From Hyphochytrium catenoides (taxonomy: Eukaryota; Protista; Hyphochytriomycota): 64,000 nucleotides of DNA. Position 1 is the stretch's first letter, and every line of letters begins with the position of its first letter. The notes under the pieces are model-generated. The model was not told the DNA's origin, searched no databases, and saw only the letters and a list, made by a program, of their open reading frames with translations. The stretch spans positions 124,001 through 188,000 of the forward strand of contig FLMG01000355.1 in assembly GCA_900088475.1 (NCBI GenBank), given 5' to 3'. Position numbers and translations under genes: made by a program. This document shows positions 46,850 through 60,957 of this stretch, piece after piece.

Positions 46850-48187
46850 ATGGCACCCACAGAACTCACGGTGCGTGGCCAACGGAGACAATAAGAGGCC
46901 ATAGACTGATCCTTTCCTACTTATGCCAGGTCGAAGACGTGGAGGCACTCGTTCGAAAGGAAGGAAAGAAAGTTGAGGAAGCCACACATCTCTCTTTTCA
47001 GAGGTACATCGGCTACTCAATTCCCTTAAAGCTTTGATTCTAAGTTCTGGCATGACAGGAAGAGCATTGTCTCCATCGCTGCTGCTCTCCAATTGCCACT
47101 GCTGGTGCATTTGGACCTATCCAGGAACCATATAGAGAGTCTGAGGAGCTTTGATAGATTTACAAGTCTTCAGACTCTCATTCTCTACTTCAACCGGATC
47201 TCTGACTTACAAGAAATATTCAGATTGGTTCCTCTTACTCAGCTGAGAGCCTTAGATCTTCGTCTCAATAACGTCACCCAGCGGGATGGGTACCGTCGGT
47301 AGCGCTATCAATCCTTATGGATGGAATACTGTCAGACAAGTGCGCTAATAGCTATCTAGTTCTGTCTTGCAGGTGCTACCTTCTTTGACATCTCTCGATG
47401 AGAGAACGGTAAGACACGGGGAGCTTCTCCATCGTGCTCAGCCGAATACGTTGTCTGAGCTTTATGAGGCAGTCCAATTAGAACCGGTGGAACTTGCTGC
47501 AAGGTACGTCTGCTCGGCGTGCTGAGACACAATCACTACTCTTACATTCCCCTGTCGTGCTTTCGTCGTTTGGACACCAGTACACCTTCAATGGACCACC
47601 TACCGCCAGGTCACGAAAGCGTGCAGAGTAGACCCCAAACTGTCTCTGTAACAAAGTCTCTGGCACAACTTCTAATCCCTCAATCGGATCCTGACGCTGG
47701 GAAAGTAGAAGCCAAACCATCGCAGTTATACCCGAGCCTCGGTATCTCAGAGGACAAACAGGATCCAGTACAAGCGTCCTTTCCTGATACTTACGAGGAG
47801 TTGGGTGCCACGTACCTTCTTCAGGATACCTCTGCAAGATCCAAAGATGAGGAGTTCATAGAAAGACCCAAACCAAACCATGAATATCTGCTTCTGCGTG
47901 ATGAGGTAGCTGTACTGCGAAAGGAGAACGCAGGTCTCCAAAAGCAGATGCAGCTGGTCTTGGACGCCTTTCGTGAGGAGCAATGCAGAGCAGATTTGTC
48001 CGCCAGGGCAACTTCCGAGGCTCTTCATATGCTGAGAGAGGCCCACGACGCGCTCCTCGCCGCCAATAGGCAGCTCGTGGCGGAACTGGAGCTCCAGAAA
48101 AAGCGTTATCGTCGAGATGCGAAACGCTGGAATGACAACTTTAATCAGCTGCGTGTTTTGGCGGAGCACAACCAAGTCAATAGATAG
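46850..48187 (+). CDS. Leucine-rich repeat + coiled-coil protein, CEP72/LRRC36-like (spliced)
   Basis: MAPTELT|VEDVEAL...; LRRs LVHLDLSRNHIESL, LQTLILYFNRISDLQEIFRL, LRALDLRLNNV...YR (LRRcap); C-terminal coiled coil. Confidence 0.75.
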
Positions 48188-48512
48188 CGAGCATTTCTAT
48201 GCATGTTCGCTTTTTTCAAGATCCAAGGTTTCTTTTCGCACCGGGGCAGCGTCGCGTTGCAGGCTCTTCTCTAACCTTTTAGAAAGGGCGTGTTGACATC
48301 GTGCTTCAGCGCTCACGGTGCAAATGCGCACACCTTACTTGACCTACAAACCGTGTACGGTGGGGCTAAGCCCTTGTGTAAGTAGACTTACATACAGCCA
48401 ATGCTCGAGATATCTAACGTTGAAGGGCGCTGAGAGGTTGGATAAGCCCAATTAGGCCATCCTATTACTTTATTTATTAGATGACTGGCTCCGTTCAACA
48501 ATGTCACAACTC

Positions 48513-51500
48513 CTATCCAAACAATGAACTCCACTCTGCCTTATCCTCACTTGTCTCAGCGGCTAAGGAAGCCCTTCGATTACTATTCTCTCTCGATATG
48601 CTCCCGCGCGAAGAAGGAGGCTTTTCAAACCGGATGACAAGTGGGCGCGGAGAAGACTTCACGAGAGAGAAAAATTGATTCATAGACCGCACCAAAGCAC
48701 CGTTGACGGACACAAGTACATCCCCCGGCTTGATTTTGCCGCTCTTCTCCGCAGCCATGGGAGAGCCGTTTGAGGTTCGGTTGAAGCTGGTAACAATTAG
48801 CTGATTGCTCTCTTCTTCCACCCTCATGCCCAAGGTAGCAGCCTCAAAAAGCACTTCATACTGCTGGCTCTGTAACGATGGTCCGATGCTATCTCCTGTG
48901 CCCCGATCGGATGTTAAGGAGCTTGATGAAGAATTGCGAGAAGAAGGGCGGAGGCTCTCCTCTCTAAGGTCATCACCAACAATCAAAACAAACTTGGACC
49001 ACCACTTCGTGGTCTCCTGCTCTACAAACGCCGCTGAGTATCCCATCTTGGAGATCACTTGCCCTTGGTCCTGTTCAACAACAGCGTTGAAGCCGTTGCA
49101 CCTGATAACCAATTTTATGTTCCCTGAAGCTATAAAGTTCAGTGGCGAAGGGATGTATCCGAAGGCAAAGAGAACCAAGGCGCGGTCAGGTCGCCATCGA
49201 GAAGAGCCGTCCGTCCCAATCCTCCGTAAAAGACTTCTCTGAGGGAGGGGATGAAGCTCCGCTCCCTCTGCTAAGGTTGGATTGACGACCTGAACAAGAA
49301 AAGAGTAATGAGAAGTATCGTCAGTGATAAATAAGGAATTTGAACCCACTTTAGGAGGTGCAGATGAGAAAAGGTAATTCTCGTCGGCGCAGGTGACCAC
49401 GGGCGAGCCGTAGAATCGGTAACAGGACAAAGGAAGCCATAGTTTACTTAGAATAACCTTTACCAGACGGCTGACAGGAATGCAACCCAATAAGGAAAAC
49501 AGAGCAGACACGCCTTACCAGATCTTGCCTGCTGTTGTTAAGTATAGCGACTGCCACACAGGCTCTCGCCCCCACACCTGTGTGGTTGCTATCCCAATCA
49601 AAGATTAGGTGTGTTAGCTGCCTGTTGAAACACTCTCTGGAGTCACATCGCTCAAATGCCTTTGAATGCTTGCTAACGATGTCTCTGTTAGAGAGAGACT
49701 CATACTTAAACCCTTCCTCAAGCCGCTGGTCCACTTTACCGATGAGAGACGAAAAGACATTCGTCACACTATCTGTAACGAGTGTCGTCACCTCTATTGA
49801 GTCCAGAAGTCCAAACACTTGACCTCGAAGCTGCTTACTATAGAAGGCCATCAGAGAATCCATAAAGGACTCTTGAGTGCCATACACTTTCTTCAGCATG
49901 AAGCGCGGTAACGTCAGGGAGGCACCATCAATGCGCAGGCGAAGATTCTGGACCAATGAGAAAGACGAAGATTCCGCCTCTTCTTCTGGCAGGCGCTCAA
50001 ATGAAACTAGTAAGTTGATGGGCTCGAAAGAGAGTGTGTCAACAAAGACTTTGTGTCCTCCAGCACCCCACCGCTTAGAAAGCACTTCCGCTCTTGCGTT
50101 ATACTCCGAGAGCAAGTCCACCGCCCTGCTCACTGAGTGAGGTTTGGCTGTGAAGTACTGCTGAATATCACTAGTCACTCGGTTTAGCGTTTGGGCGAAG
50201 GTGCTGGAGGTCTGCAGTCTGATGTCCCCGCACTGGACCAGGAAGGTGTTTACGACATATACTCCTGGGTATTCCTGAATCTGAAGGAGGACTTGGAAGA
50301 AGGACGCATCACGCTTTAGTACGGGCGTAAGCACCACCGGGTACTTCGACTGAGGACTCAAGTCTTCCAGTTGGAGTGAACCACACGTAAATTGCACATT
50401 CTGCGGGGGAGGAACGAGAGAATGAGCATGAGGATTGAAGATCTTATCAGGCGAAAAGAAAGAGAACATTTATCTGCAAAGTGGTGGATCTGCTAGCAAA
50501 GGCCTAGCAAACGAACTAACCTGCTGTCCAGACGACTGAGCCCTCAGAAGAATCCTCACTCTGGAGATCAGAAGTCGTGCGGTCCGCACGGTGTCCGTCA
50601 CAATTTGAGATGGGACGAAGGAGCTTCCCCGGCTCATTCCCAGCCTTACACTACGAGATGACTGCAGCCTGGAAGAGAGCTTGGTCTTGGTATTCCTCTG
50701 CCGTTCTTTATTGGCCCCTCCATTACGATTTCCCAGGGCTGTGGAGCTGTATAAGGTAATTATAAGGCCCGGAATCTGCCAGTCGTACACAGAATCATAG
50801 TCTACATTTGACATCTCTCGGATCATACTTCCACGGGTACCTCGACCATCCCTTTCTGTTCTCTCTCGAACGCTTTCGCCGTACACAATCTCATTTAGCT
50901 TCTTCACCACTGCGCGATCTAATCCTAAGCCCCCTTCCGTGAAGACGACCAGCATCGAGGCCTCCTCAAGGCCGCCAAATGTGACGTTCACTGCGATTGG
51001 TTGGCGCTCGCTCGATGCTCCTCTCGCGACATCTCCAGGGATCGATACCTCAAAACTTCCCGCCTTTTCTATCTTAAAGTGCTCGCTCCAGCCGTAGTAG
51101 TGCTGCCCAAGAGAAACAGAGATAGGGTTCCATCGCCCACTGGCCCAGTAGAACGGTTGCTTGACTCCGCTGGCAATAACCGTCAAGGAGCCCTCGTAGG
51201 TCCCTTCCTTTATAAGGAGATCACAAGTGCAGTTATTCACCAATAAATAACGTGGAAAGATGTTCACGATCTTTGTAAAACTGCCAAACTTTTCCGTGTC
51301 ATAGTCAGTGGAAACTCCAAACTCGTACAGGGTGCTGTTAGTTGTTGCGCAGTGTAGCACTTCATTCTGCCAGTTAAGATTGGTGGGATCTGGCTTAAAT
51401 GGCTCAGACCACTGAGACCCAGGAACACGTACTCGAAAGGAATCACTACCACCAGGTTCAGTCTGGAACATGAATAATCGAGCAGTGTCGATAAGGGTGG

Positions 51501-54500
51501 AACACGAGATGCCGTCCCAGTCCTCCACGAAATTAGAGATCACAAGAGGCAATCCAGTGCGGTTAACAATCCAGCACTGTGCATAGATGGCAAAGCGGAG
51601 GATGCCGTTCTGTGCCTCCTCGGCCTGCACGAGCAACTTCAACTTGCCGCCATCGGAGCGGCGTACAGTGCATCCTACTGTCTTCTTCTTTGACCCTCCG
51701 CCGCCTTGAAGGGAGAAAGAAAGCCATTCAGATGGAGCACAGCCGGGTAACTTGAGCTGCAAGCGTAGTGCCTGGGACGAGTGAAAGTGCATGCAATAGC
51801 CTTCTTCTCCCGACGGCAAGTTACTGGCTATAACGCCTTGGTTGGGATTGTTGCTCATCAGGTTAAGTCCCAATGGCACAGGAAGAAGGTTGAGAAGGCC
51901 TATAGGAGGATAGATAGACACTACCACTATGCCTGACTTATACTGGCTTTCTGCACAGAAGACACATTCGACACCCTGCGAGAACTGCGCCACGACTTTA
52001 GTTCTAGTGGACCTGGTACCATTTTGGATGAGGATAGGAGCAGACCAACTATAGACCTCTCCTTCATCTGTTACGGGCCGAATTCGGAGCTCGGAAGCTT
52101 CAGCAGAGGCAAGTGGAAGCGACTTAGTATCTCCAGGGAACACAGAGCCTAGAGCTTGAGGACTCTCCCACCGTGGATCGTTGGCAAGTACTTCCACCTC
52201 CAAAGGTGTGAAGTTCATCATTCTAACCTTTGAGCAAATTGTAGAAACAAACCGCCCGTCCTCTAAGCGACAGTCGATAAAGAGAGAAGAACGCTGTTTT
52301 CCGGTGGCGTCCAAAAGCGCGTAGGAGGTAACGCCGATAAGGTCCACCCCTACATTCAAGATTGGAGCATATGGCTCTCCGAAATAGAGGTTGACCACTT
52401 GCTCTTCATCCAGGGAAAGAGAGAGTTTTGCACGAAGAATACCAGTTCCAGCACCCTTGCTGTGAGAGAAAGGAATCGGGCAGGCCTGAGCTATCTCTAT
52501 CTTGTGGCGCGTCTCGACCTCATCATTCACCCAGTAATCAAAGCTCATGCCCGATTCATTCAATAATACCACCGGAGCCCTGACTCTTAGTGCCTGATCG
52601 CCTCCAAGTCTGAGGTGGTGCTTATCCATTTTTTCTGCCCTTCTCCTCCAAGTTCCAGCTGCAGAGGCTAGAGTCTCTAATAACCCGTCCGTAATGTGGA
52701 CAGACAATGGGGAGTCAGCCTCCACAATGAACTGGGTACGAGGCATAGAGGAGGACTGCATTACAAGTGCCAAACGTGCTTGCCACCCATCCATCAAAGG
52801 TCGCCACTCCAAGGAATGGGGTTCGAAGTACTTTGACGCGAAAAAGAGCTCGGCCCCTCCGCTAAGCTTTTCACTATCCCCGTTTGCAAACCAGTTTCCT
52901 TTCTCTAACCCAACCTGGAAGAGAGGAATGTCACAACCGTCGCAGTCGTTAATGAAGATAAGGGAGACTCGCCCCATTTGGCACTCTACGGATGTTAAAG
53001 TGTGAAAGGCAGGATGTAGCTGCTGCCCTATCTGGACTTCATCCTCTCCTTTCGTAGAACGCGAATCACTAAAAAGAGAGTATGAGTCTGCTGCTTCGTC
53101 TTCGCGATCCGTGTCTCGTTTTGTAGTCTGAGGGTCAGAACTATGTGAAGCGCTTGAGGTAGAGAGGAGGCTGCCGTACATTTCAGAAAGGAAGGAAAGA
53201 TCCTCAAAGGAGAGAACCATATCTATAGCTTCGGTAGAGCAGGAAATCGTCCTTCTGACGGAAGCTTCCACCTCTGTGATCTCTTCGTAAGAGACCGAGA
53301 GCTGTGTGGGTTCTATCAATTGAGCGTCCTGCTCTCCACATCCCGGACGGTGGCAATTTCGCGCCAGTACTTCATATTGCTCAAAGGAAAGCGAAGCGGT
53401 GTCATTGACGTCCGCTGATCGTGCTACGGTATGGCGGGAAAGCTTAACATCTGTTTTCATTACTAGGGTCGGCGTGGCGGCGACGGAGAGGTCCTGGATG
53501 CATGAAGATAAGAGTCAGAGTCAAATATAGTTGGAACACATGGGAGAAAGGAAAGCAGAGGAGAGATCTTAGTGAAGCTGGAGAAACAAGCATTTGAACG
53601 TAACGGTGAGACGTTGTTAGGAGCGTGTAGGTGGAAATAGAGCGTGAGGTTGTGCGACAAAGAGCGTGAATTTGCGCACCTTAGCAAAGGCGATGGAGAG
53701 TGACCGCGCATTTAAGTCAAATAAATAACGTAGAGTGCCATCTCTCTCCTGAGCTTGAGACATCAGCTTGTGGGGAGGTTGACGGTCCATTCTGGGGCTA
53801 ATGGGGCTAGTGAGACCTTGAAGGTAATCGTCGAGGGAGCCCAAGTGGCCCCTGTCCACCTCTTTCTCTCCCTCCTTTGCTACGGAAGCCTTGCCTTTGA
53901 CGTTATCTATCGCCTGGCCGGCACCGACGCCTTCTAGCTTGAAATACTCAGCTAATTTTGCATAGCTGGTAGGGACATAGACAACCTCAACCCTATCTAC
54001 CTCACAGAGAGTAGCAAAGACTGCTTCCTCGTCGCTCCAAAGGTATTTTACTCTCAAAGGGGATTTGGTAGCCGCTAGCTTTCTGTGCTGTGGGTGGAGA
54101 AGAGGGTCTGGATGTGTGGCGGTGGCTAGCATTGATCCAACCTCGACTGTAAGATAAGGGGCCGCACGGATGGGAAAGTCTACGGTTAGACTTAGCTGAT
54201 CGGTGCTGAATTTAGCAATGGTTTCCTGTGCACCCTCTCCTCCTTCAGAGAGCTGTTGCTGACCCAAGGGAGAGTTTGAGGAAGAGGAGGGTAAAGACCG
54301 GGAAGCGTCATGCATAGCATCGAAAGAGGTTGATCCAATCTGAAGAACAATTCTCATAGCTGAAGGAGGCACGCTATCATCAGCATATGCATAGTGTACT
54401 TCACGCCTCGTTTCTGGGGATTGAAGGCTTCCAAAGTCCGACTGCAGCGGACTATTTATCTGCGATGAAAGACGGCCCGAAGTGGGAAGAGAGTCGGCGC

Positions 54501-57500
54501 TGGTCGTAGAAGGCCTAACACTAGCCTTCTCCTCCTCGTTCATGACTGTGCTCGGCTCGCCAAAATTATGAGACAGAAGGCTCATAAAGATGACGTAGGA
54601 ACTCTTGGGTACTACAAATTGCACAGCAGGAATCGTCGCGGCTATCGTAAAGCGGGGTTGGAGGGGCTGGCCTCCAGACTCAGACGCTGAAAGAGGAGAG
54701 AGTGCCGGCGAAGGAGCGGGAGAAACAGGGGTGTTAGGGTCTATGTACCCATATCCTAGGTCTTTCACCTCGATCACAGCAGAGATAGGAGATCGGACAA
54801 GACATCTATGCTTGCTTGAGGTCAGAACGAGATCCGACATGGTAATCCTCTTCATATCGGCAAATAACTCTCTTCCTCCACCTCCATTTCGTCCACTAGA
54901 ACTTTTGTTGCCCAAGGCAACCCGAGGTAAGTGAGAGAGCTCTAGCTCTGATGCCTGGAGAGAGAAATAATCCTCTGAAGCGGCGCTAACGGGGATGATG
55001 ATTTCGGGCTGCTGAATTTTCACAGCAATCTTGGTGAGAAATGACGCGTCGGTCACTGCATCAGCTGCATAAGCAACGGCAGATGAGATGATTACTCCCA
55101 ATACCCCTTGCAACAAGTAGTCACTGAGTTCTAAAACCTGCTGGTGTAGGTAGACCAGCACAGTAGAACCAAGCGACAGTGAAGCAAGGGCGTCATGTCC
55201 TGGATAATCAGAAGCAGATTTGTCAAAAGTCTGAAGAGAGAACTTAAGCTGAACCTCATTTTCCTCCCCGTCAGCTGGCCTTTCAATGGCCTTTAGAAGT
55301 GGTCGTCTTGTGGAGGTGGAGAAAAAGCGTGAGTGGACGTTGCCTTTTCTGCTGTGATCCTCCCCTATCATTTGTCCCAGCTCGCCTCTCAGCTCATAGC
55401 ATCCGCCTTTCTCCCTGTAGGTGAAGACACTTCTGTGGACAGAGAATGTCGCCAAACGGCGTCCCTGGAAGTCCTTATTGAAAGTGATCGACACCTCGTT
55501 CATCATTGCCTCCACTAAAATGCGCGCCGGGAAACAGCTACCGCCGTCAGCTTGACTTGAAGCTCTTGCCTCCGAAAGCAGCCGCTGCTCTTCCTTGCTT
55601 CCTATCCTCTCTAGCCGGTACGCCTGACTCTCTTGTCCTTCTACGCCTTCTGCTGAGATTGGGGAGATCTCTGCCGCCAACCTGGAGAGCATAGCCATGG
55701 TGCTCGGATTCCAGTTGAGACGCAGTGCGTTGAAATGGCAGCGCACGACAGTCAGCGCCTCCTGAGCAATCGCATCTTGCAGATACGAGGTCACTTCTAA
55801 GACAATTAAAGATTTTTGGGGACCTGTGGGGCGGGTGTGAGAGACCTACGGTACGAAAATAGTGCGAGCATTCCTAGCTATCAAGTGAACCGTGAAGAGC
55901 ATCCAAGAAGACACACGGGACTGTGACGCAATAAGACATGATTCAATGACTAAGTACAGAGCATCTAAGGGGTGGCAGCAGTAAGTAAAGTATAAGACAT
56001 CCATAACAGAGTCGGCCAAGGACTGGTAGTATAGAGTTATAACTTTACCCTGAGAAGCCTTCTCTTCATGCCCGCTCGAGACAAGCACATGGAAAGCCGA
56101 ACTAGGTGGATAGAGTTGATCTATTATCCGAACCCCTTCTAGCCTTGCAGAGAAGCGGGTTTGATCCATGGCCAGGATGGCTGAGGTGACGGCGCCCACC
56201 ATGTGAAGCTCAATCAGCTTACTTTCTCTCTGTCTCCGCTCATCCCAGGAGGAGAGGTGGAGTTCTATTTCCTCCACTACAAAAGATGCGGAAAGCAGGG
56301 ATGGCTGAACCTGTGGACCCTTATCTTGCTTATCGTCAGGCCTTCGATCCTGTACGAAGGCCACCGAACGCCCGACACCCTCGGCGACTGGGCTACGTAA
56401 GTCTTCCGGGTCGTTATAAGGTTCTTGCCTGGACGATATTCCATCTGCTCCTGACTTACCGTGAGCTTGAATCTGCTTTGATATGGCTGTAGCTACTTTG
56501 AGTACCCGCTTCATTTCCTGATCGGAAGCTGTGACCTTCAGAAGCGGTAACTTGCCCTCAAAAGACACCTTTGACTCCTTTTCCACCATCCCTTTTGACT
56601 CAATCAAGGTAAAGACATCCAGAGAGACGGAGAAAGGGTGCACAAGAGAATAGCCCTTGCGAGTACCGCTGACTCTTAGTTGAGTAAGGATGTCTTCCCT
56701 CACACCTTGATTGATCACAGGGCCCTCGCTTACGTTGTAAGCAAGGGAAGAGTAAGACAGCACGACTATTTGCATGCGGCTCATGTCGAGCTGCCAGTGG
56801 TCGTAGTCTCCGGCCACTGCTCCGTATGAAGTCCGAGGATGATCCCCGATTTTGCTGTTAGCTGTGTCTTCCCTTGGTCCCTCTTCTATATTCTTGGTCT
56901 CGTCTCGCTTGATTGAATGCAGGTTGGAAAGCGTAAAGTGTCCCAGGTCTACTATGACAATGGCAGCATCTGATGCTGTTGTATCCTCAGGGATAACAAA
57001 TATTGGTGCATCCATATCAATCAATATGTCCCACTTCTTCCTGAAGAAGAGAGAGCTCGTGAGACATCAGAAGACTTCCCTGCTCCGCAGGTACTCAAAA
57101 TGAAGACAACGCAAAAACAGTAGATATGGTGAAATAAGCGGAGAAGTACTGTGGTGTAAGAGGATACAAAAATAAAAGGGACCAAAGCGACAGCCGACGA
57201 TTTGAAGGAATACAGGGCAGTTCGGACCTCCGCAAGAGTATCTCTGATAACTCATGTTCTCGAGATGAGAACCATTCTGAGAAGCTCTGGGAAGCGTTCG
57301 CCCATAAGACCTATGTACATAGAACCAGGTGAGCTAACCGGGGACAATCGGTAGTTCTTGAGGAAGACAGTGGTGAAGGACCGAGGTAAGGGCAAACCTA
57401 TGAAGAAGAGGTCTCTCCCTCTCCCACCTCAAATGCCACCACTGCACCGAAAAACGAGAGATGGCAAGAAGCCTCGTGAGAGGCCACGATGAGTGGAGAC

Positions 57501-60500
57501 GAGACCCACGATGAGGAATCGCTTCTAACATCTGTGACTCTACCATAGACAAATATCGTCCTAGCTCGTACCTGAGCATGGGGCTCCTCAAAGAAGGCAC
57601 TGTACGAGCTAAGCCTCTGCAAATCAACTACCACATTGAAGGAAGGCATGGTCACCCGGAAGCGGTAATCATCCGACGAGTCAAAAGGGTGGCTCCAAAA
57701 CTGGAAAGACAGCGACCCTTGCAGTTCTTGATTGTCTTGGCCCGTCCTTTGCTGACTGCGTACTTTCCCCTTTTCCTGAACAGAAGAAGCAAGAGAGAGT
57801 ATTGTAGGAAAGTTGGTCTCTTCCGGTCTAGAATGCACCATAGCCAACTTGGAGAGAGAGAAGGACATGGTCCATGACGAAGCCCAGCTTTTGGCCTGAA
57901 CTGCACCTGCAAAATCAAGACGAACGAGCTTCTTCCCTCCCTCTGCATAGAGACAGAGCGAGCCTGCTTTCAAGTCTCCTTCGAATGAGAAAAGCAATGC
58001 GTTGGAGGAGAGGATTGTTGCTTCGACCTCTTCCAAGTGCTCAATGCTGGTCTTCAAATCCTTGATACCTTCTTCGGTTGTAATGAGGGCTCCTTCCGTT
58101 TCCGAGTGGGGTATCTTCACTCCTCCTGTCTGGGTTTGAGGGGCAGCACCGGAGGAAGAAGGAGCCGGGGCACCTTTCCCAAAGAAATAACCGTACCAGG
58201 ATGATGACTGTACCGGTACTCCTGCTGGAGCAACTGCTTTACTCTGCTTCCTTATTTTCGCTGCCTCATCTTCTGCTCGGTCTCTAAGGTTAAGGACCAC
58301 CTCGTTCGCCCATTGGTCCTCAAAGGTAGAGAGGAAGGAGACGGCTGAAGGTGCGAGAGCCTCTCCTAGCTTCAATTGCATGTACAGCTAGTAGGGAAGG
58401 AGTCAAGGACCGGTCAGGTGAACGCGCCGTAGCGAAGGACCAGGAATCCCAGCTCCTTAGCGTGAAACGTGTGAAACAATAGGACCACCCTTACCTTCTT
58501 ATAATGGCTCCGTTCTTCTCCAGCTTTCTTTACGGACTGCCAGTCCATCTTTCTTAAAAGATCAGGCTTTACGCTGACTGCCATGTATCTCCACCACAGC
58601 TTAGGTGCGACTTTCGGCGGTACGGTAGGGCGATTCTGCTTTTTAAAGACTGAAACGATAGCTATTCTGTTGGCAAAGCCCTTTTGCATCAAAAGCAGGT
58701 CGACATATTGTTCTCGTCGAAGGCCGAGTGAGAGCTGAGTATATACAAGTCAGTCCTATTTCTTATCGACCTTGACGATCCTCTACTGAACTGCTGAATC
58801 GTCCACTAACTCCCAGACGATGGTTGGATACCGCGACTTTTTACCAGAACTGAGCTTTCAATCTTTTTCTTAAACCCCTTCTCGCTTTCAACAGGTTACT
58901 TTCTGTCTTTTCTGGTTTGGGCCTGTAACCCTTACTTCCACTAGGCACGAGCCCCATTGTGTCTAGTTCACTTACGTTGTCTATATTTGCCAATACGGAG
59001 TATTTCGGGAAGACTGAGAAGTCGAGCGATTCATTCTTAGTCATAAGAAAGGACACAGAGAGAGGAGAGAGAAGGAACGTTTGACCGCTTTCGTTGTCAA
59101 TGGCGAGCTGCATGACCCGCCGAAGCTCCTCTCGGCTTAAGGTCGAGAGGAGGCTGAACCTGTCGACCCGGCTTTGGTAAAGGTGGTAAAATAGAAAGTT
59201 AGAGACTACACGAGGTCCAAAGTTATGAAAACCTTGGAAGAAAGGAAAGGCACATAAACCTTGTAGATTACCGACTGAAGAGAGACCTCTCTTCAGATGG
59301 AAGTGAGAACTCGTCATAGGAAGCCCACTGGACCCAAAAGGTTGTAAAGGAAATGTGACATGCCTATCTGGCGGACATCTGAGTGCACTGAGCAAGACGA
59401 AGAGAGAAGTAGGTTTCTGATAGTGAAGTAGATAGAGCAGAAAAGACATGTATATCCCCGTAGCGAACCAAAACAGGAGATGATGCAGTAAAATAGACCC
59501 ACCTGCAATAGCAACCCAATCGTTTGACCTCTAATAGCTTGTGAACCAGGTCAGAGCTTCCATTGTGTCCCGCATCTCCGGCCCCCCTATCAACAAAGAT
59601 CTCATGGCCCTCTGCGTCCGTCGTTTTTAGGCTGAAGCTGCTTAATACCAGGCCAACCGCAAACGGCTGCTTGGCATTTGAGAGCGTGTCTTCGTAGCGG
59701 ATGTGAATGTCAGAGACAGTAAGCTTGTGAGAGACAGAAGATGGTCCCATTTTTCGACATAAGTGACAGAGGCAAGGGAGGCGAGGAACGGGGAGTTATG
59801 GAGAGAAAGTCATGCATATGAGATTGGCGAGCCGGAAAGAATCACTACTTCAAACTACACCGCCTCTCTTCCACCCATCAACCCAACCGCCGACCTTCCT
59901 CTCTAGAGCTAATTATGCCTCTATCCTATCTAGGCATCCAAATTTCAGTCTGAATAGGACTGCGTTAGGCCTCAGAAGGACTCTATGTCTCGTCAAGGGT
60001 CCCACTATGGAGTCGTCTACGATACAAGGCCTCCCCTCCGATTCACCAGCTGCGACCCGGCCTAACTGTGCAAGATTGTCTAACTGTCTTCTTCCGCCAC
60101 CCTCTCTTACCACCAGGTTGTCAACAATCTTCGTGGTCAGTCGGCTTAAGAAGCTGCTATCGTCCTTGGAAGAATGTACCAACCGCGCTTGTTGCCGGTA
60201 AACCTCCAGCCTTTCCAGCTCGGTCTTCTTTTCCTTGCGCAACTACATAAGTGAGATGCCAGACAGTAGTAAGTACCCCCAACCGATGAAAGTGGAAGAT
60301 GTATAGATAGCAACTATCACGGGAGTGCGTGGCCGATAGTGCAATGCGGTAGGAGAAGAGTATCATTGCAAGGGATGAGAAAGATTGAAGGGTAATAAGG
60401 ATCGGCGGTAGCCGAACAATGTCTAAGTCCAAGAAGAAGAGTGAGAGGAAGAATCAAACGGGTAACCTCCTCTCTCGATGGCAGCTCCGCATGCGGCACA

Positions 60501-60957
60501 GCCAAAACATAAACGCCCTCAATATGGATCTTGACGCTAGAACTGCCCAGTTGGTTCCAAGGAACAACCACGACCACCTTCCGTACCGAGCCTCCAGCGA
60601 CCTTTATAGGGAGGTTGAAGTCGTTCAAGGCCTGCGGAATGGCATTAGCCGTGATCCTCTCGTCATCCAGCCCCAAGACCTCTGCCTCGCGAGCTCGGGA
60701 GTGCCAACAATTATTGCACTTTCAGGCCTAAGGAAGACCGGCCCAGGCAAAAACTTACATCTTCCTTTAGCGCCAAGTTCTCAAGCCTCAGCTCCCCGCT
60801 CCATAGATCCACACGCAGTGCATCTCCAGACAGGCCATCAATAAACTTTCCTAAGAAAGTCTCTAATACCTTTAGGAGCAGACAGGTATAAGGACCAAGG
60901 CATTCGGCATGGCACAACGCTGGGAGGACCCACCCTAGAAATAACTTGCTTAGCCAT
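48513..60957 (-). CDS. VPS13: VPS13-family bridge-like lipid transfer protein with C-terminal PDZ domain (multi-exon)
   Basis: Chorein-N MAKQVISR|VLETFLGKFIDGL..LWSGELRLENLALK, LPIKVAGGSV..VPWNQLGS, LTTKIVDNL, IHIRYED. IDMDAPIFVIPED..IVDLGHF. VAB/SHR-BD repeats (IYAQCWIVNRTGLPL, IFPRYLLVN). C-terminal PDZ (LGMRV..AEKSGKIKPGDVLVSVNG). Confidence 0.93.

Noticed and set aside
50470-58692. Several large adjacent minus-strand ORFs as separate genes or a frameshifted pseudogene
   Set aside because: The breaks coincide with GT-AG introns; they are exons of one VPS13 gene.
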